Origin: an uncultured Wenzhouxiangella sp. | GTDB taxonomy: Bacteria; Pseudomonadota; Gammaproteobacteria; Xanthomonadales; Wenzhouxiangellaceae | Assembly (NCBI GenBank): GCA_964446675.1 | Contig: CAYUPK010000015.1 | Span: forward strand, 14,753-78,752 | DNA length: 64,000 nucleotides | Direction of reading: 5' to 3' | Part shown: piece after piece, positions 29,294-41,447 of the stretch | How the letters are laid out: each line of letters begins with the position of its first letter | Position numbering within the stretch: the stretch's first letter is position 1 | The notes under the pieces: model-generated | What the model was told of the DNA's origin: nothing | What the model saw: the letters and a program-made list of their open reading frames with translations, nothing else | Databases searched by the model: none | Made by a program: the position numbers and the translations under genes

Positions 29294-31183
29294 ATGGCGA
29301 CCGGGTACACTGACGCGGCGAGACAGTCAACGAACCGGCCATCGCGCAAGCGCTTCGGCCAGCGAATGCTCATGCGCAGAGTCTACGAACGGACATTCTC
29401 GGGAAAAGGCCGCAGTCTGGCCGTGCAGGCGGTGATTGCTGCCGCCGTGCCTTTTTTCCTGGCTATCGTGATTGCCCTGTTCGTCTACCAGCTCATGCGC
29501 GACCACGCCGAGTTGTCACGACAGATCGAGCGCACCAGCGTCAGTTCGCGCGTCAGCCATCAGATGCTTGTCAATGCGCTCGATGCCGAAACGGGTGTGC
29601 GTGGATTCGTCATTTCCGGAGATGAATCCTTTCTGGAGCCGTATCGACAGGCCGTCGACGAGCATATCGAAACCCTGGCCCGGGGAAGGCAGGTTTGGCC
29701 GCCAGGGAGCCACGAAAGAGAACTGATGGATCGCTTCGGCGGACTGTTCGAGGAATATCGAAAGGAGATCGCCGAGCCCGTGATCGAACTGAAGCGCCAG
29801 GTCATGGCCGGAGGCGATCGCAGCAGCGAGTCCCGAGCCCGGCTCGAAGCGATCTTCAGCCACGGGCACGACAAGGCCTTGGTCGATGCGATGCGGCGCA
29901 TCATCGGCAATCTATCCGGTGTCGTCCAGGCGCAGGTTGCCGCCCAGGCCCAGCTGTCGGAACTGCGCCAGCGCAATGCGCAACTCGTTGCCATCGTTGC
30001 AGCACCCCTGGCGGTGCTGTCGGGCATATTGCTGGTCGCGGCGGTGATTGCGCGAACTCGAAAAGGGCTGCTCAGGCTGGCCAGCGCAGCCGAGCAAGTG
30101 GCCGAGGGCGATTACACCCAGCGGGTGGAATTGAGCGACAGTCGCGAGCTCGCCCACGTTTCGCACGGCTTCAATCGAATGGCCGAGCGCCTGGCCCGGC
30201 GTAGCCAGCAAAGCGGGCTGCTCGACCGACTGACGCGCGCCCTCCAGGGCTGCCAGAACTCGGAAGAAGCCTTCGAAATGGCGGAGGGCTATATATCGAG
30301 AATGCTCTCGAACACCCGCGGCGCTGTGGCGCTATACCGCGCGTCGCGTGATCACCTCAGTACGGTCTTCACTTGGCCGGGCGACAGCGAGCCCGAACCG
30401 GAAGAATGCATCTTCGACCCGGACGACTGCCTGTCATTGCGCTCGGGCTACACCTACGAATTCTGCAAGAGGAATGGAGACCCCGGCTGTCGTCACCTCC
30501 CCTTGCGCGGGGCAGAGGCAGGTCTTTGCATTCCCATGATGGATCGCGGCGAGGTGCTCGGCGTGCTCAGCGTCAAGCCGCTCGACGATGCAGGCTTCGA
30601 TCAGCAGACCCAGCAGCTTGCCACCGTACTGGCCGAAACGCTTTCCTTGAGCGTCGGTAACCTGAGGCTGCGCGAAGCGCTGCGCAACCAGTCCATCCGG
30701 GACTCGCTCACCGGGCTCTACAACCGCCGTTTCCTCGACGAGACGCTCGAACGCGAGTTGTCGAGAAGTCGGCGGACCAGCAACCGGTTGTCGCTGATCG
30801 TTTTCGACATCGATCACTTCAAGCGTTTCAACGACAACTGGGGGCACGATGCTGGGGATACGGTGCTGAGAGCCTTGGCCAATGCCATGAAGGATCAGGC
30901 TCGGGAGATGGACCTTGTCTGTCGCCTCGGAGGTGAGGGGTTCATCGTCGTCCTGCCCCGCACCGAGCTGGGGGATGCTTTGACGATTGCTGAGAGAATG
31001 CGCGAAATCGCCGCCGACTTGCCCCTGCGCCATCAGGGGCAGTTGCTCGAACGCGTCACGCTTTCGCTTGGCGTGGCTTGTTTCCCGGATCACGCCGAAA
31101 GCGTGGAGATGCTGGTCAAGGCGGCCGATCAGGCCTTGTACCGCGCCAAGAAGGCCGGCCGAAACCGCGTAGAGCACGCCTAA
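29294..31183 (+). CDS. CHASE3-HAMP-GAF-GGDEF signalling protein with a degenerate GGEGF motif
   Basis: One TM segment, a CHASE3-like region (ALDAETGVRGFVISGDESFLEPY), HAMP, GAF and a GGDEF domain (LTGLYNRRFL ... REMDLVCRLGGEGFIVVLP). Alternative starts at 29366 and 29372. Confidence 0.85.
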   Translation: MATGYTDAARQSTNRPSRKRFGQRMLMRRVYERTFSGKGRSLAVQAVIAAAVPFFLAIVIALFVYQLMRDHAELSRQIERTSVSSRVSHQMLVNALDAETGVRGFVISGDESFLEPYRQAVDEHIETLARGRQVWPPGSHERELMDRFGGLFEEYRKEIAEPVIELKRQVMAGGDRSSESRARLEAIFSHGHDKALVDAMRRIIGNLSGVVQAQVAAQAQLSELRQRNAQLVAIVAAPLAVLSGILLVAAVIARTRKGLLRLASAAEQVAEGDYTQRVELSDSRELAHVSHGFNRMAERLARRSQQSGLLDRLTRALQGCQNSEEAFEMAEGYISRMLSNTRGAVALYRASRDHLSTVFTWPGDSEPEPEECIFDPDDCLSLRSGYTYEFCKRNGDPGCRHLPLRGAEAGLCIPMMDRGEVLGVLSVKPLDDAGFDQQTQQLATVLAETLSLSVGNLRLREALRNQSIRDSLTGLYNRRFLDETLERELSRSRRTSNRLSLIVFDIDHFKRFNDNWGHDAGDTVLRALANAMKDQAREMDLVCRLGGEGFIVVLPRTELGDALTIAERMREIAADLPLRHQGQLLERVTLSLGVACFPDHAESVEMLVKAADQALYRAKKAGRNRVEHA

Positions 31184-32166
31184 GCGGCCCGGCTCCGCCA
31201 GCTTTCGAGCAAACTCCCGAGCTCACCCAGTTCCGGATTGCGCGCGATGGCCTGCTCAAGGTAGGCGAAGAAGCGCGGTGCGTCTTCCAGGTATCTCTGC
31301 TTGCCGTCGCGGTAGCGGATGCGCGCGAAGATGCCGATGACCTTGAGGTGGCGATGGGCGCCCATGAAGTCGCAGGTCCGGCGCCACAGTTCGTGGTCTT
31401 CGGGAGCCGGCAGGCCGGCGTTGATCGCTTTGAGTCGGTAGTCTTCCAGCCAGGCGTCGACGCGCTCAGGATGCCAGCTCAAAAAAGCGTCGCGGTAGAG
31501 ACAGACCGGATCGTAGCTGAGCGGGCCGCGCACCGCGTCCTGAAAATCGATCAGGCCGGGGTTGGGTTCGGTCAGCAGCAGATTGCGCGGCATGTAGTCG
31601 CGGTGGCAGAAGACCTGCGGCTGATCCAGCGCCCAGCGGATCAGCGTGGCGCACACCATGTCCCAGGCGTCGAGCTCACCCTCGGTTGGCTCCACCTGCC
31701 AGTGGTGTGCCAGAAACCAGTCGGGAAACAGCGCCAGCTCGCGCATCAGCAGCGCGGGGTCGTAGTCGGGCAGGCCCGTGGTGTCGGCCCGGCGCTGAAT
31801 GCGGATCAGCGTTTCCACTGCGTCGGCGAACAGGGCGTCGGCGTTGTCGTCGTCGAGAACGTGGTGGTAGGGCCGCGAACCCAGGTCTTCGAGCAGCACC
31901 AGGCCCTGATCGCTGTCGTGCGCCAGGATGCCGGGCACGTGGATGCGGATCTTCGCCAGCCGCGCGGCCACGTCGACAAACGGGCGCGTGTCCTCAATGC
32001 CGGGCGGGGCATCCATCACTACGCAGGAGTCGCCGTTGTGACGCAGGCGAAAGTAGCTGCGAAAGCTGGCGTCGCTGGAGATAGCCTCGCTTTGGGGGTT
32101 GGTCCAGCCCAGTTGGGCAATCGCCCAGCTTTCGGCCAGTTGTCGTCGCTCGTGGGGCTTGCTCAA
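31180..32166 (-). CDS. amgK: N-acetylmuramate/N-acetylglucosamine kinase-like phosphotransferase
   Basis: 328 aa. DASFRSYFRL, VVMDAPP, FCHRDYMPRNLL and IDFQDA are APH-fold motifs. TTG start overlaps the upstream stop. Its stop codon overlaps the convergent GGDEF stop (CTAA at 31180-31183). Confidence 0.8.
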   Translation of the reverse strand: MSKPHERRQLAESWAIAQLGWTNPQSEAISSDASFRSYFRLRHNGDSCVVMDAPPGIEDTRPFVDVAARLAKIRIHVPGILAHDSDQGLVLLEDLGSRPYHHVLDDDNADALFADAVETLIRIQRRADTTGLPDYDPALLMRELALFPDWFLAHHWQVEPTEGELDAWDMVCATLIRWALDQPQVFCHRDYMPRNLLLTEPNPGLIDFQDAVRGPLSYDPVCLYRDAFLSWHPERVDAWLEDYRLKAINAGLPAPEDHELWRRTCDFMGAHRHLKVIGIFARIRYRDGKQRYLEDAPRFFAYLEQAIARNPELGELGSLLESWRSRAA

Positions 32167-34007
32167 GTGCGGTTCTCCAGAAGTTCGTCAAGGCCCGCGC
32201 CGCGGCAGTATTGCCAGCTCGCCATCCAGTCGGGCAGGGCGGCGGCATAGCATGCCAAGAATTGTGGCAGATCAGCAGCAATTTCGCGCAGTTGCCGTTC
32301 ATCGTGTTCATCGACCTGCCCGTGAAGCTCGATCACGCGCGCGAAGTCGCGGTCGAGCCAGGGCGGCGGCTGAAGGCGCTCGCGTACCGAGCTGGCCTGC
32401 TCGATCGTCTGCGAGCGCACTTCCATGAGCTCTTGCTGGAGCTGCCAGGCGAGTTTGTGCGGGTGGGTGTGTGCCAGACCCTCGAAGGCTGCGGCCAGCG
32501 CTCGCACGCGGGCCTCGACGCCGACCGACGGTGTGCTCGAGCGCATGGCGTTCAGACGCGCGGTCAGAAAGGCGCCGCGGTTGACGCCGCGCGGCTGGTT
32601 CAGGTCGGAGCGCTGCCAGCGGCGCGGTTCCGGGCGCATGTGAAAGAGCATGTGCGGCAGGTTGGCCTGGCAGGTATCGGGATGGACAAATCCGACCAGC
32701 GCGCCGAACAGCAGGTCCTCGTTCGCGCCGCGCGGCTGGGTCGGCAGCAGCAGCTCGCGGTTGTCGACACCGGTCATAGTGGTCGTCATCAGGGCGAAGG
32801 CAGTGGTCACCTCCGGCCGGTCGGCGCTGCGGGCCGTACGGCGCTGTTCGATGAGCGCGCGATAGCGCTCCTCGCTTGCGCACAGCGGTTTGAGATGTTC
32901 AGGCGGCTCGGTGAACAGCCACTGCAGGCCGCCGGTGCCGGGATCACCCAGCGTGCCGCTGCTGGTCAGGCGTACGCGGCTGGTGCCGGTCAGTTCGGAC
33001 AGAAGCTGCGGGTCCAGGTCATCAAGCAGGCCGGTTGTATCGTCACCGGCCAGATCGATCAGCCGGTTCGTGCCGGTGCCGAGCAGCTGGGCGTGCAGCG
33101 CGATCGGGTGCGCGTCGACGGCGGCGTAGTCTGCGCCTGGCAGTTCCCGGCCCGGTTCGGGAAAATGCAGGCGCGACGACTGTCGCCGGCGGATGGCGGG
33201 CCGTGGGTCGCTGTCGGGCAGGGCGAATGCATCGAGCGTGGCGTCGTCGTCGATGAGCGTGATCAGGTGTCCGGCGCCGAGCAGCAGCGCGAAATTCAGG
33301 CTGGCGCCGTAGGAGGTTTCGTGGCTGTCGGTGTCGCCTTCGATAAGCCAGCGCAGGTGATCCGCATCCACGCCGGCCTCGCGCGCGATGCGCTCGAGGA
33401 TGGCGCGGCGCGCTTGCGGGTCGATCAGCGTCAGCTCACCGGCAAAGTTTCTGCGATGGCGATCGACGACCGAGCGCGTCTTCGCCCGGCATTGCGGGTC
33501 GGCACCGTCATCGAGCACGACGACGCGCGCCAGGCCTTCGGGCAGGGGGCGCCGGGCCAGAGTGGCCAGCAGGCGGTCGAGCGTTTCGGGGCGAGCGCAG
33601 GTGCGCACGAACAGATAGCGGATCGATTGGGCTGCGGTCTTGTCCGGTTCGTCTTCCGGGCCTTTCAGCCGTGCGAGAATATCAGCCTCGGTTTGCAGCA
33701 GCCCCTGCCGAACCAGCTCGTCGAGCGCCTGCCAGATGGCCGCGGTCTGATGCGGCGCCACGCGCAGGGCACACGCGGCCTCGCGCTGGTGCCCATCGAG
33801 CGTGCGCAGGCGATTGCACTGCCCCAGAACCTGAACAAGCTGAAGTGGCAGGCGCCGAACTTGCGTATCGCCTTGAATCAGCAGCAGAGCGTGGCCGGAG
33901 TCGGCAACGCGCGCGTCGAACGGCGGCGCCAGGTAGTGCGTCGCGTCAGCGCCTGGGGATGGGCTGCCTCCCAGTGGCATGGAGAAGCTGAAATGGTCGT
34001 TACTCAC
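32163..34007 (-). CDS. Hypothetical protein, 614 aa (possible GT-A-like core)
   Basis: Coding-like composition. FVRTCARPETLDRLLATL...VVVLDDGAD ... LIDDDA resembles a GT-A Rossmann segment plus DxD. GTG start, or ATG at 33980. Its stop overlaps the amgK start. Confidence 0.6.
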   Translation of the reverse strand: MSNDHFSFSMPLGGSPSPGADATHYLAPPFDARVADSGHALLLIQGDTQVRRLPLQLVQVLGQCNRLRTLDGHQREAACALRVAPHQTAAIWQALDELVRQGLLQTEADILARLKGPEDEPDKTAAQSIRYLFVRTCARPETLDRLLATLARRPLPEGLARVVVLDDGADPQCRAKTRSVVDRHRRNFAGELTLIDPQARRAILERIAREAGVDADHLRWLIEGDTDSHETSYGASLNFALLLGAGHLITLIDDDATLDAFALPDSDPRPAIRRRQSSRLHFPEPGRELPGADYAAVDAHPIALHAQLLGTGTNRLIDLAGDDTTGLLDDLDPQLLSELTGTSRVRLTSSGTLGDPGTGGLQWLFTEPPEHLKPLCASEERYRALIEQRRTARSADRPEVTTAFALMTTTMTGVDNRELLLPTQPRGANEDLLFGALVGFVHPDTCQANLPHMLFHMRPEPRRWQRSDLNQPRGVNRGAFLTARLNAMRSSTPSVGVEARVRALAAAFEGLAHTHPHKLAWQLQQELMEVRSQTIEQASSVRERLQPPPWLDRDFARVIELHGQVDEHDERQLREIAADLPQFLACYAAALPDWMASWQYCRGAGLDELLENRT

Positions 34008-34121
34008 GGCGTCTTGATCGGTCGATTCACGCTGCGGAGTTTATCAGGCTGTCGGGGCGCTACCGGCATGGTCTGGTGTGCTTTCAGTCGGCCGGAGCAG
34101 TGAAATCATACCAATTCGGTC

Positions 34122-34150
34122 TTGTTTATAAAGCGCTGTATCTCCATAAT
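34122..34150 (+). promoter_or_regulatory. Candidate promoter of the suf cluster
   Basis: TTGTTT (34122-34127), a 17-nt spacer, then CATAAT (34145-34150), ending 29 nt upstream of the regulator ATG. Confidence 0.35.
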
Positions 34151-34178
34151 AGGGAGTGGACGCAGACTGGCACGAAAC

Positions 34179-34636
34179 ATGCTTCGAATCAGCAAATTGA
34201 CCGACTACGCAACGGTGCTGCTCGCCGCGCTGGTACCGCGTGGCGACGAGTGCGTGCCGGCCAGGCGTCTGGCGGAGCTGACCGGGCTGGAACCACCCAC
34301 GGTCGCCAAGGTGCTCAAGACCCTGGCGCGCGCCGGTCTGGTCAGTTCGGTGCGCGGCGTCAACGGCGGCTATACGCTTGCCGAACCGCCCGAAGACATT
34401 TCCGTGGCGGGCATCATCAGCGCCATGGAAGGCCCCATCGCACTGACCGAGTGCGCGCTCGAGCCGGGCCTTTGCCTGCACGAGTCCGACTGTAATCTGC
34501 GCGGCAACTGGCAGAAGATCGGCCAGGCGGTTGAAAACGCACTGGCGGGGCTGAGTCTCGCCGACCTGGCCGAACCCTCGTCGCGCCGAATCGCCATCCG
34601 CGCCGAAATCGCGGCCTCATCGCAACAGGAACTTTC

Positions 34637-34640
<4 letters not shown>
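34179..34640 (+). CDS. Rrf2-family transcriptional regulator (SUF-associated)
   Basis: [15 protein letters not shown]..., a winged-helix region, and the Cys cluster [14 protein letters not shown]. Its stop overlaps the sufB ATG (ATGA). Confidence 0.85.
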
Positions 34641-36082
<1,442 letters not shown>

Positions 36083-36093
36083 TCAACCAAAGG

Positions 36094-36203
36094 CTTCAGG
36101 GTTCAGGTTTCAGGGTTCAGGAACGGCTTCGTTCCCGGAAACCTGGAGCCTGAGGCCCTAGAGTCCCGCCCTGAAACCTGAACCCTTAACCCTGAACCCT
36201 GAA
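36094..36203. repeat. Heptad-periodic hairpin element, copy 2 (sufB-sufC spacer)
   Basis: CTTCAGGGTTCAGGTTTCAGGGTTCAGG (36094-36121) pairs with CCCTGAAACCTGAACCCTTAACCCTGAACCCTGAA (36169-36203). The centre contains GGCTTCG and CTGGAGC. Confidence 0.8.
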
Positions 36204-36209
36204 TTCATT

Positions 36210-36976
<767 letters not shown>

Positions 36977-36980
<4 letters not shown>

Positions 36981-38179
36981 GCGAACTGGCTGAAAAACTG
37001 GCGCCGGAATCGGCGCTGGCCGCCGACGACTTCAGCGATCTGCGCCAGCAGGCACAACGCGCGCTGATGCAGCACGGCTTCCCCGATCTCAAGACCGAGG
37101 CCTGGAAGTACACGCCGATCCGGCTTCTGGAAAAGCGCGAGTTCGAGCCCGAGGCCGCTTCGAGGTCGACGGCGCCGGAGCTGTCGTTCGACGCCTGCGT
37201 CCTGCACTTCGACAACGGCATCCTGAATGCCGAGTCGGTCGAGCTGCCCGCCGGCGTCCGGCTGGAACCGGCCGCGCGTGCGGACTTCGAAGGTATCGAG
37301 TACGGCGGGCGCGAAGACGCCTTCGCCTGGCTCAACATGGCCCGTTTCGGACAGGCCTGGAAGTTCGTTATCGAGGGCGAACTCGATCGGCCGCTGGCGC
37401 TGGCCTTCACCACCGCCGAGGACTTCGCCGCGGCCGTGCATCCCCGGCTCTTCATCGAGCTGGCCGACAATGCCCGCGCAACCCTCGTCGAGCTGGCCTC
37501 CGGCGGTGGCGAAGGCATGGTCAATACCGTCAACGACATCCGTCTGAGGCCCGGCGCTGCCCTGAACCATGTGATGCGCCGCTCCGGCGCAGATACGGTT
37601 CACGTGACGCGCACCCAGGTGGAGGTGATGCGCGACGCCGAGTATCACTCCTACGTTCTGGATACCGGCACGCGGCTTGGCCGCCAGGATCTGAATGTCC
37701 TTCTGCGCGAAGCCGGATCGCTCGGCGAGATTGATGGCACCGTGGTGCTGGATTCAAGGCAGCACGTCGACTACCACACCGCCATCGACCACTGCACCGG
37801 TCACACCAACAGCCGCGAAACCTTTCATCTGCTCGCCGACGGCAGCGGTGTGGGCGTGTTCAACGGTCGCATTCATATCCACAAGGATTCCGACGACAGC
37901 CACTCCGACCTCAACACCGCCAGCCTGCTGCTCGGCGAGATGGCGCGCATCAACGCCAAGCCGGAGCTCGAGATCTATTCCGAGGACGTCACCGCAGCCC
38001 ACGGCGCCACCATCGGCCAGCTCGATGACGACGCCCTGTTCTACCTGCGCAGCCGCGGACTGCCGGCCGACGAGGCCAACAGCCTGCTCAAATACGGCTT
38101 CGCCGCCGCGCCGCTGGAAGGGCAGGTCGAAGGGCCGATCCGGGACTGGCTGCTGGCTGAATTGCAGGGGCAGTTGTAA
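36977..38179 (+). CDS. sufD: Fe-S cluster assembly protein SufD
   Basis: 400 aa. ATGA overlap with sufC. C-terminal SufBD-fold motifs (KPELEIYSEDVTAAHGATIGQLDDDALFYLRSRGL). Confidence 0.92.
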
Positions 38180-38187
38180 ACCGACAA

Positions 38188-38267
38188 GGTTTCAGTGTTC
38201 AGGTTTCAGGTTTCAGGAAAGACTGGAGCGGAGCCAGCCTGAAACCTGAACACTGAAAACTGAAACC
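38188..38267. repeat. Heptad-periodic hairpin element, copy 3 (sufD-sufS spacer)
   Basis: GGTTTCAGTGTTCAGGTTTCAGGTTTCAGG (38188-38217) pairs with CCTGAAACCTGAACACTGAAAACTGAAACC (38238-38267). The loop is AAAGACTGGAGCGGAGCCAG. Confidence 0.85.
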
Positions 38268-38296
38268 TTTTCCGGTCCGAAGGCAGAGAAGAGAAG

Positions 38297-39544
<1,248 letters not shown>

Positions 39545-39592
39545 GCGTGTCGCTCGATTGCTCACCCACGGCGGTTGGTAGAATTGCCGGCT

Positions 39593-40018
39593 ATGGCACT
39601 CGAAAAGCTCTATCAGCAGGTCATTCTCGACCACAACCGCTCCCCGCGGCACCACGGCGGCCTGCAAAATGCAACCCACAGCGCCCGGGGGCAGGATGCC
39701 CTGTGCGGTGACGATATCCTCATCGAGCTGCGAGTGATCGACGGCCGCATCGAACAAGCCGCCTTCTCGGGCGAAGCCTGCGCCATCACCAAAGCCAGCG
39801 CCTCCATGCTGATGGTGTGGCTGGTAGGGCGAAAGCCGGATGAGTTAGCGGGCAGCCAGCAGCGCTTCAGCCGATTGCTCCAGCACCCCGACCAGCCCGA
39901 CGACGAAGAACTTGGCGACATCAATCACTTGCGTACCGTCAGCGGATTTCCCGCGCGCGCGCGCAACGCCCTGCTCCCGTGGCGTGCTGCGCTGGACGCT
40001 CTGAAGAACCAGCTCTAG
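39593..40018 (+). CDS. SufU/IscU-like (NifU family) sulfur-transfer/scaffold protein
   Basis: 141 aa from ATG at 39593. LYQQVILDH, LCGDD, GEACAITKASASML and GFPARARNALLPW align with B. subtilis SufU as I recall it. Confidence 0.8.
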   Translation: MALEKLYQQVILDHNRSPRHHGGLQNATHSARGQDALCGDDILIELRVIDGRIEQAAFSGEACAITKASASMLMVWLVGRKPDELAGSQQRFSRLLQHPDQPDDEELGDINHLRTVSGFPARARNALLPWRAALDALKNQL

Positions 40019-40221
40019 CTCCATCAACTGCCTGTAGCAGGCGCTTTTCCAAAGCGTGCGGAATCTGGAAGACTTCGCGGTTCCGTGGCATATTCGACTC
40101 GGCGTTGGAATCGAAAAGCGTCTGTTCGTCCCTCTTGGAGACCGCTTTGGAGGAGGCGACAACTATCTTGACAAGGGGCTGGTCAAATCGCTTGCAAGTG
40201 GCGACAGGGGTTTACTTCACA

Positions 40222-41337
40222 ATGAATAAAGAGCGCACCGCCATCCTCGCCACTGCCCGCAAGGCTTTCGCCCTTTTGGTGATGGCGCTTGTCGTCGGCT
40301 GTGGTGATGTGCCAGGCAGAGATATTCCGGTAGGGCGCTTGCATTTGGCGCTTGTCGATACTGAGCGCAGCAACTGGGCCGGGGACGGGCCTCGACCGCT
40401 TGCTGCGACGCTCTGGTATCCGGCATCGCCCGAGGCTTCCGAGGAGGAATGGCGCGCCGGTGTATTTCGCTTCGGGCGTGCTGCATTAGGCGCGCCATTT
40501 CTCGACGCAGCGGAGCGGCCACTGATCTTGCTCTCGCACGGGACCGGAGGGAGTGCAGCGCAGCTGTCCTGGTTGGCCGAGCGCCTGGCTGCGGAGGGTT
40601 TCATCGTTGCGGGCGTCAATCATCACGGCAATACGGCTGTAGAGGAGCGCCAGTGGCCGGGTGGTTTCGTGCTGCCATGGGAGCGTTCCCGGGACCTTTC
40701 GGTATTGATTGACAGGGTTCTGGAGCATCCGGAAATCGGCCCTCGAATCGACAAGCAGCGAATCGGAGCCGCGGGTTTTTCGCTTGGCGGATATAGCGCG
40801 CTCGGCCTGGCCGGCGTTCAGCTGCCGTCGTTCGAGGCCTGGGAGCAGCGTTGTCACCGCAGGCCTGAATCGCCTGCTTGCCGGCTGCCGCCGGAAGCTC
40901 GGTTCACGTTGGAGGAGGTCGACTCGGTGCAGCGCTCAGCCCCCGCTTTTCAAGCCGGGCTCCAGCGAGGGCGGCTTTCAGCTCGCGACAGCCGCGTCAA
41001 GGCTGTATATGCGATTGCGCCTGCACTGACAAGCCTTTTGACTGAAACCGATATTCCACGTGATGTCTCCGCGGCGCTGCAGGTTGTGCTGTCGGAAAAT
41101 GACGACCAGGTCGAGCTGTCAGCGACCAGGAGGTTTCTGGCAGAGGCTTTGCCTCAAGCCGGCGTGCGGGTCGTCGAGGGTGGAACGCACTATGTGTTTC
41201 TTTCAGAGTGCACGTTGCGGGGCAGGCTGATGCTGCGAGCACTCTGCAGTGATGCCTGGGGCGTCAATCGCAAGGATGTACACTCCAGGATCGGAGCGGC
41301 GGCGGTCGATTTTTTCGATTCGACGCTGCGTCCCTGA
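40222..41337 (+). CDS. Alpha/beta hydrolase lipoprotein (dienelactone-hydrolase / PAF-acetylhydrolase-like)
   Basis: Lipobox LVVGC, LILLSHGTGGS and the nucleophile elbow GFSLGG. I chose the ATG at 40222. Confidence 0.75.
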   Translation: MNKERTAILATARKAFALLVMALVVGCGDVPGRDIPVGRLHLALVDTERSNWAGDGPRPLAATLWYPASPEASEEEWRAGVFRFGRAALGAPFLDAAERPLILLSHGTGGSAAQLSWLAERLAAEGFIVAGVNHHGNTAVEERQWPGGFVLPWERSRDLSVLIDRVLEHPEIGPRIDKQRIGAAGFSLGGYSALGLAGVQLPSFEAWEQRCHRRPESPACRLPPEARFTLEEVDSVQRSAPAFQAGLQRGRLSARDSRVKAVYAIAPALTSLLTETDIPRDVSAALQVVLSENDDQVELSATRRFLAEALPQAGVRVVEGGTHYVFLSECTLRGRLMLRALCSDAWGVNRKDVHSRIGAAAVDFFDSTLRP

Positions 41338-41363
41338 GCAGAAGGCGGGTCAGGTTTGAAAAA

Positions 41364-41386
41364 CCCCGCAACCAGCGGTTGCGGGG
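41364..41386. terminator. Bidirectional rho-independent terminator between convergent genes
   Basis: CCCCGCAACC-AGC-GGTTGCGGGG is a perfect 10-bp stem. GAAAAA lies upstream, which gives a T-run on the minus strand. A T-rich tract lies downstream. Confidence 0.8.
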
Positions 41387-41447
41387 CAGTTCGGTTTGTT
41401 GTTGTGCACAGGGTTTGTCCCTGCGGGTACATCGTTTGTTCTTGTGG

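Noticed and set aside
40030-40048. Terminator after the sufU-like gene (GCCTG-TAG-CAGGC followed by GCTTTT).
   Set aside because: The stem is only 5 bp, too weak to call with confidence.
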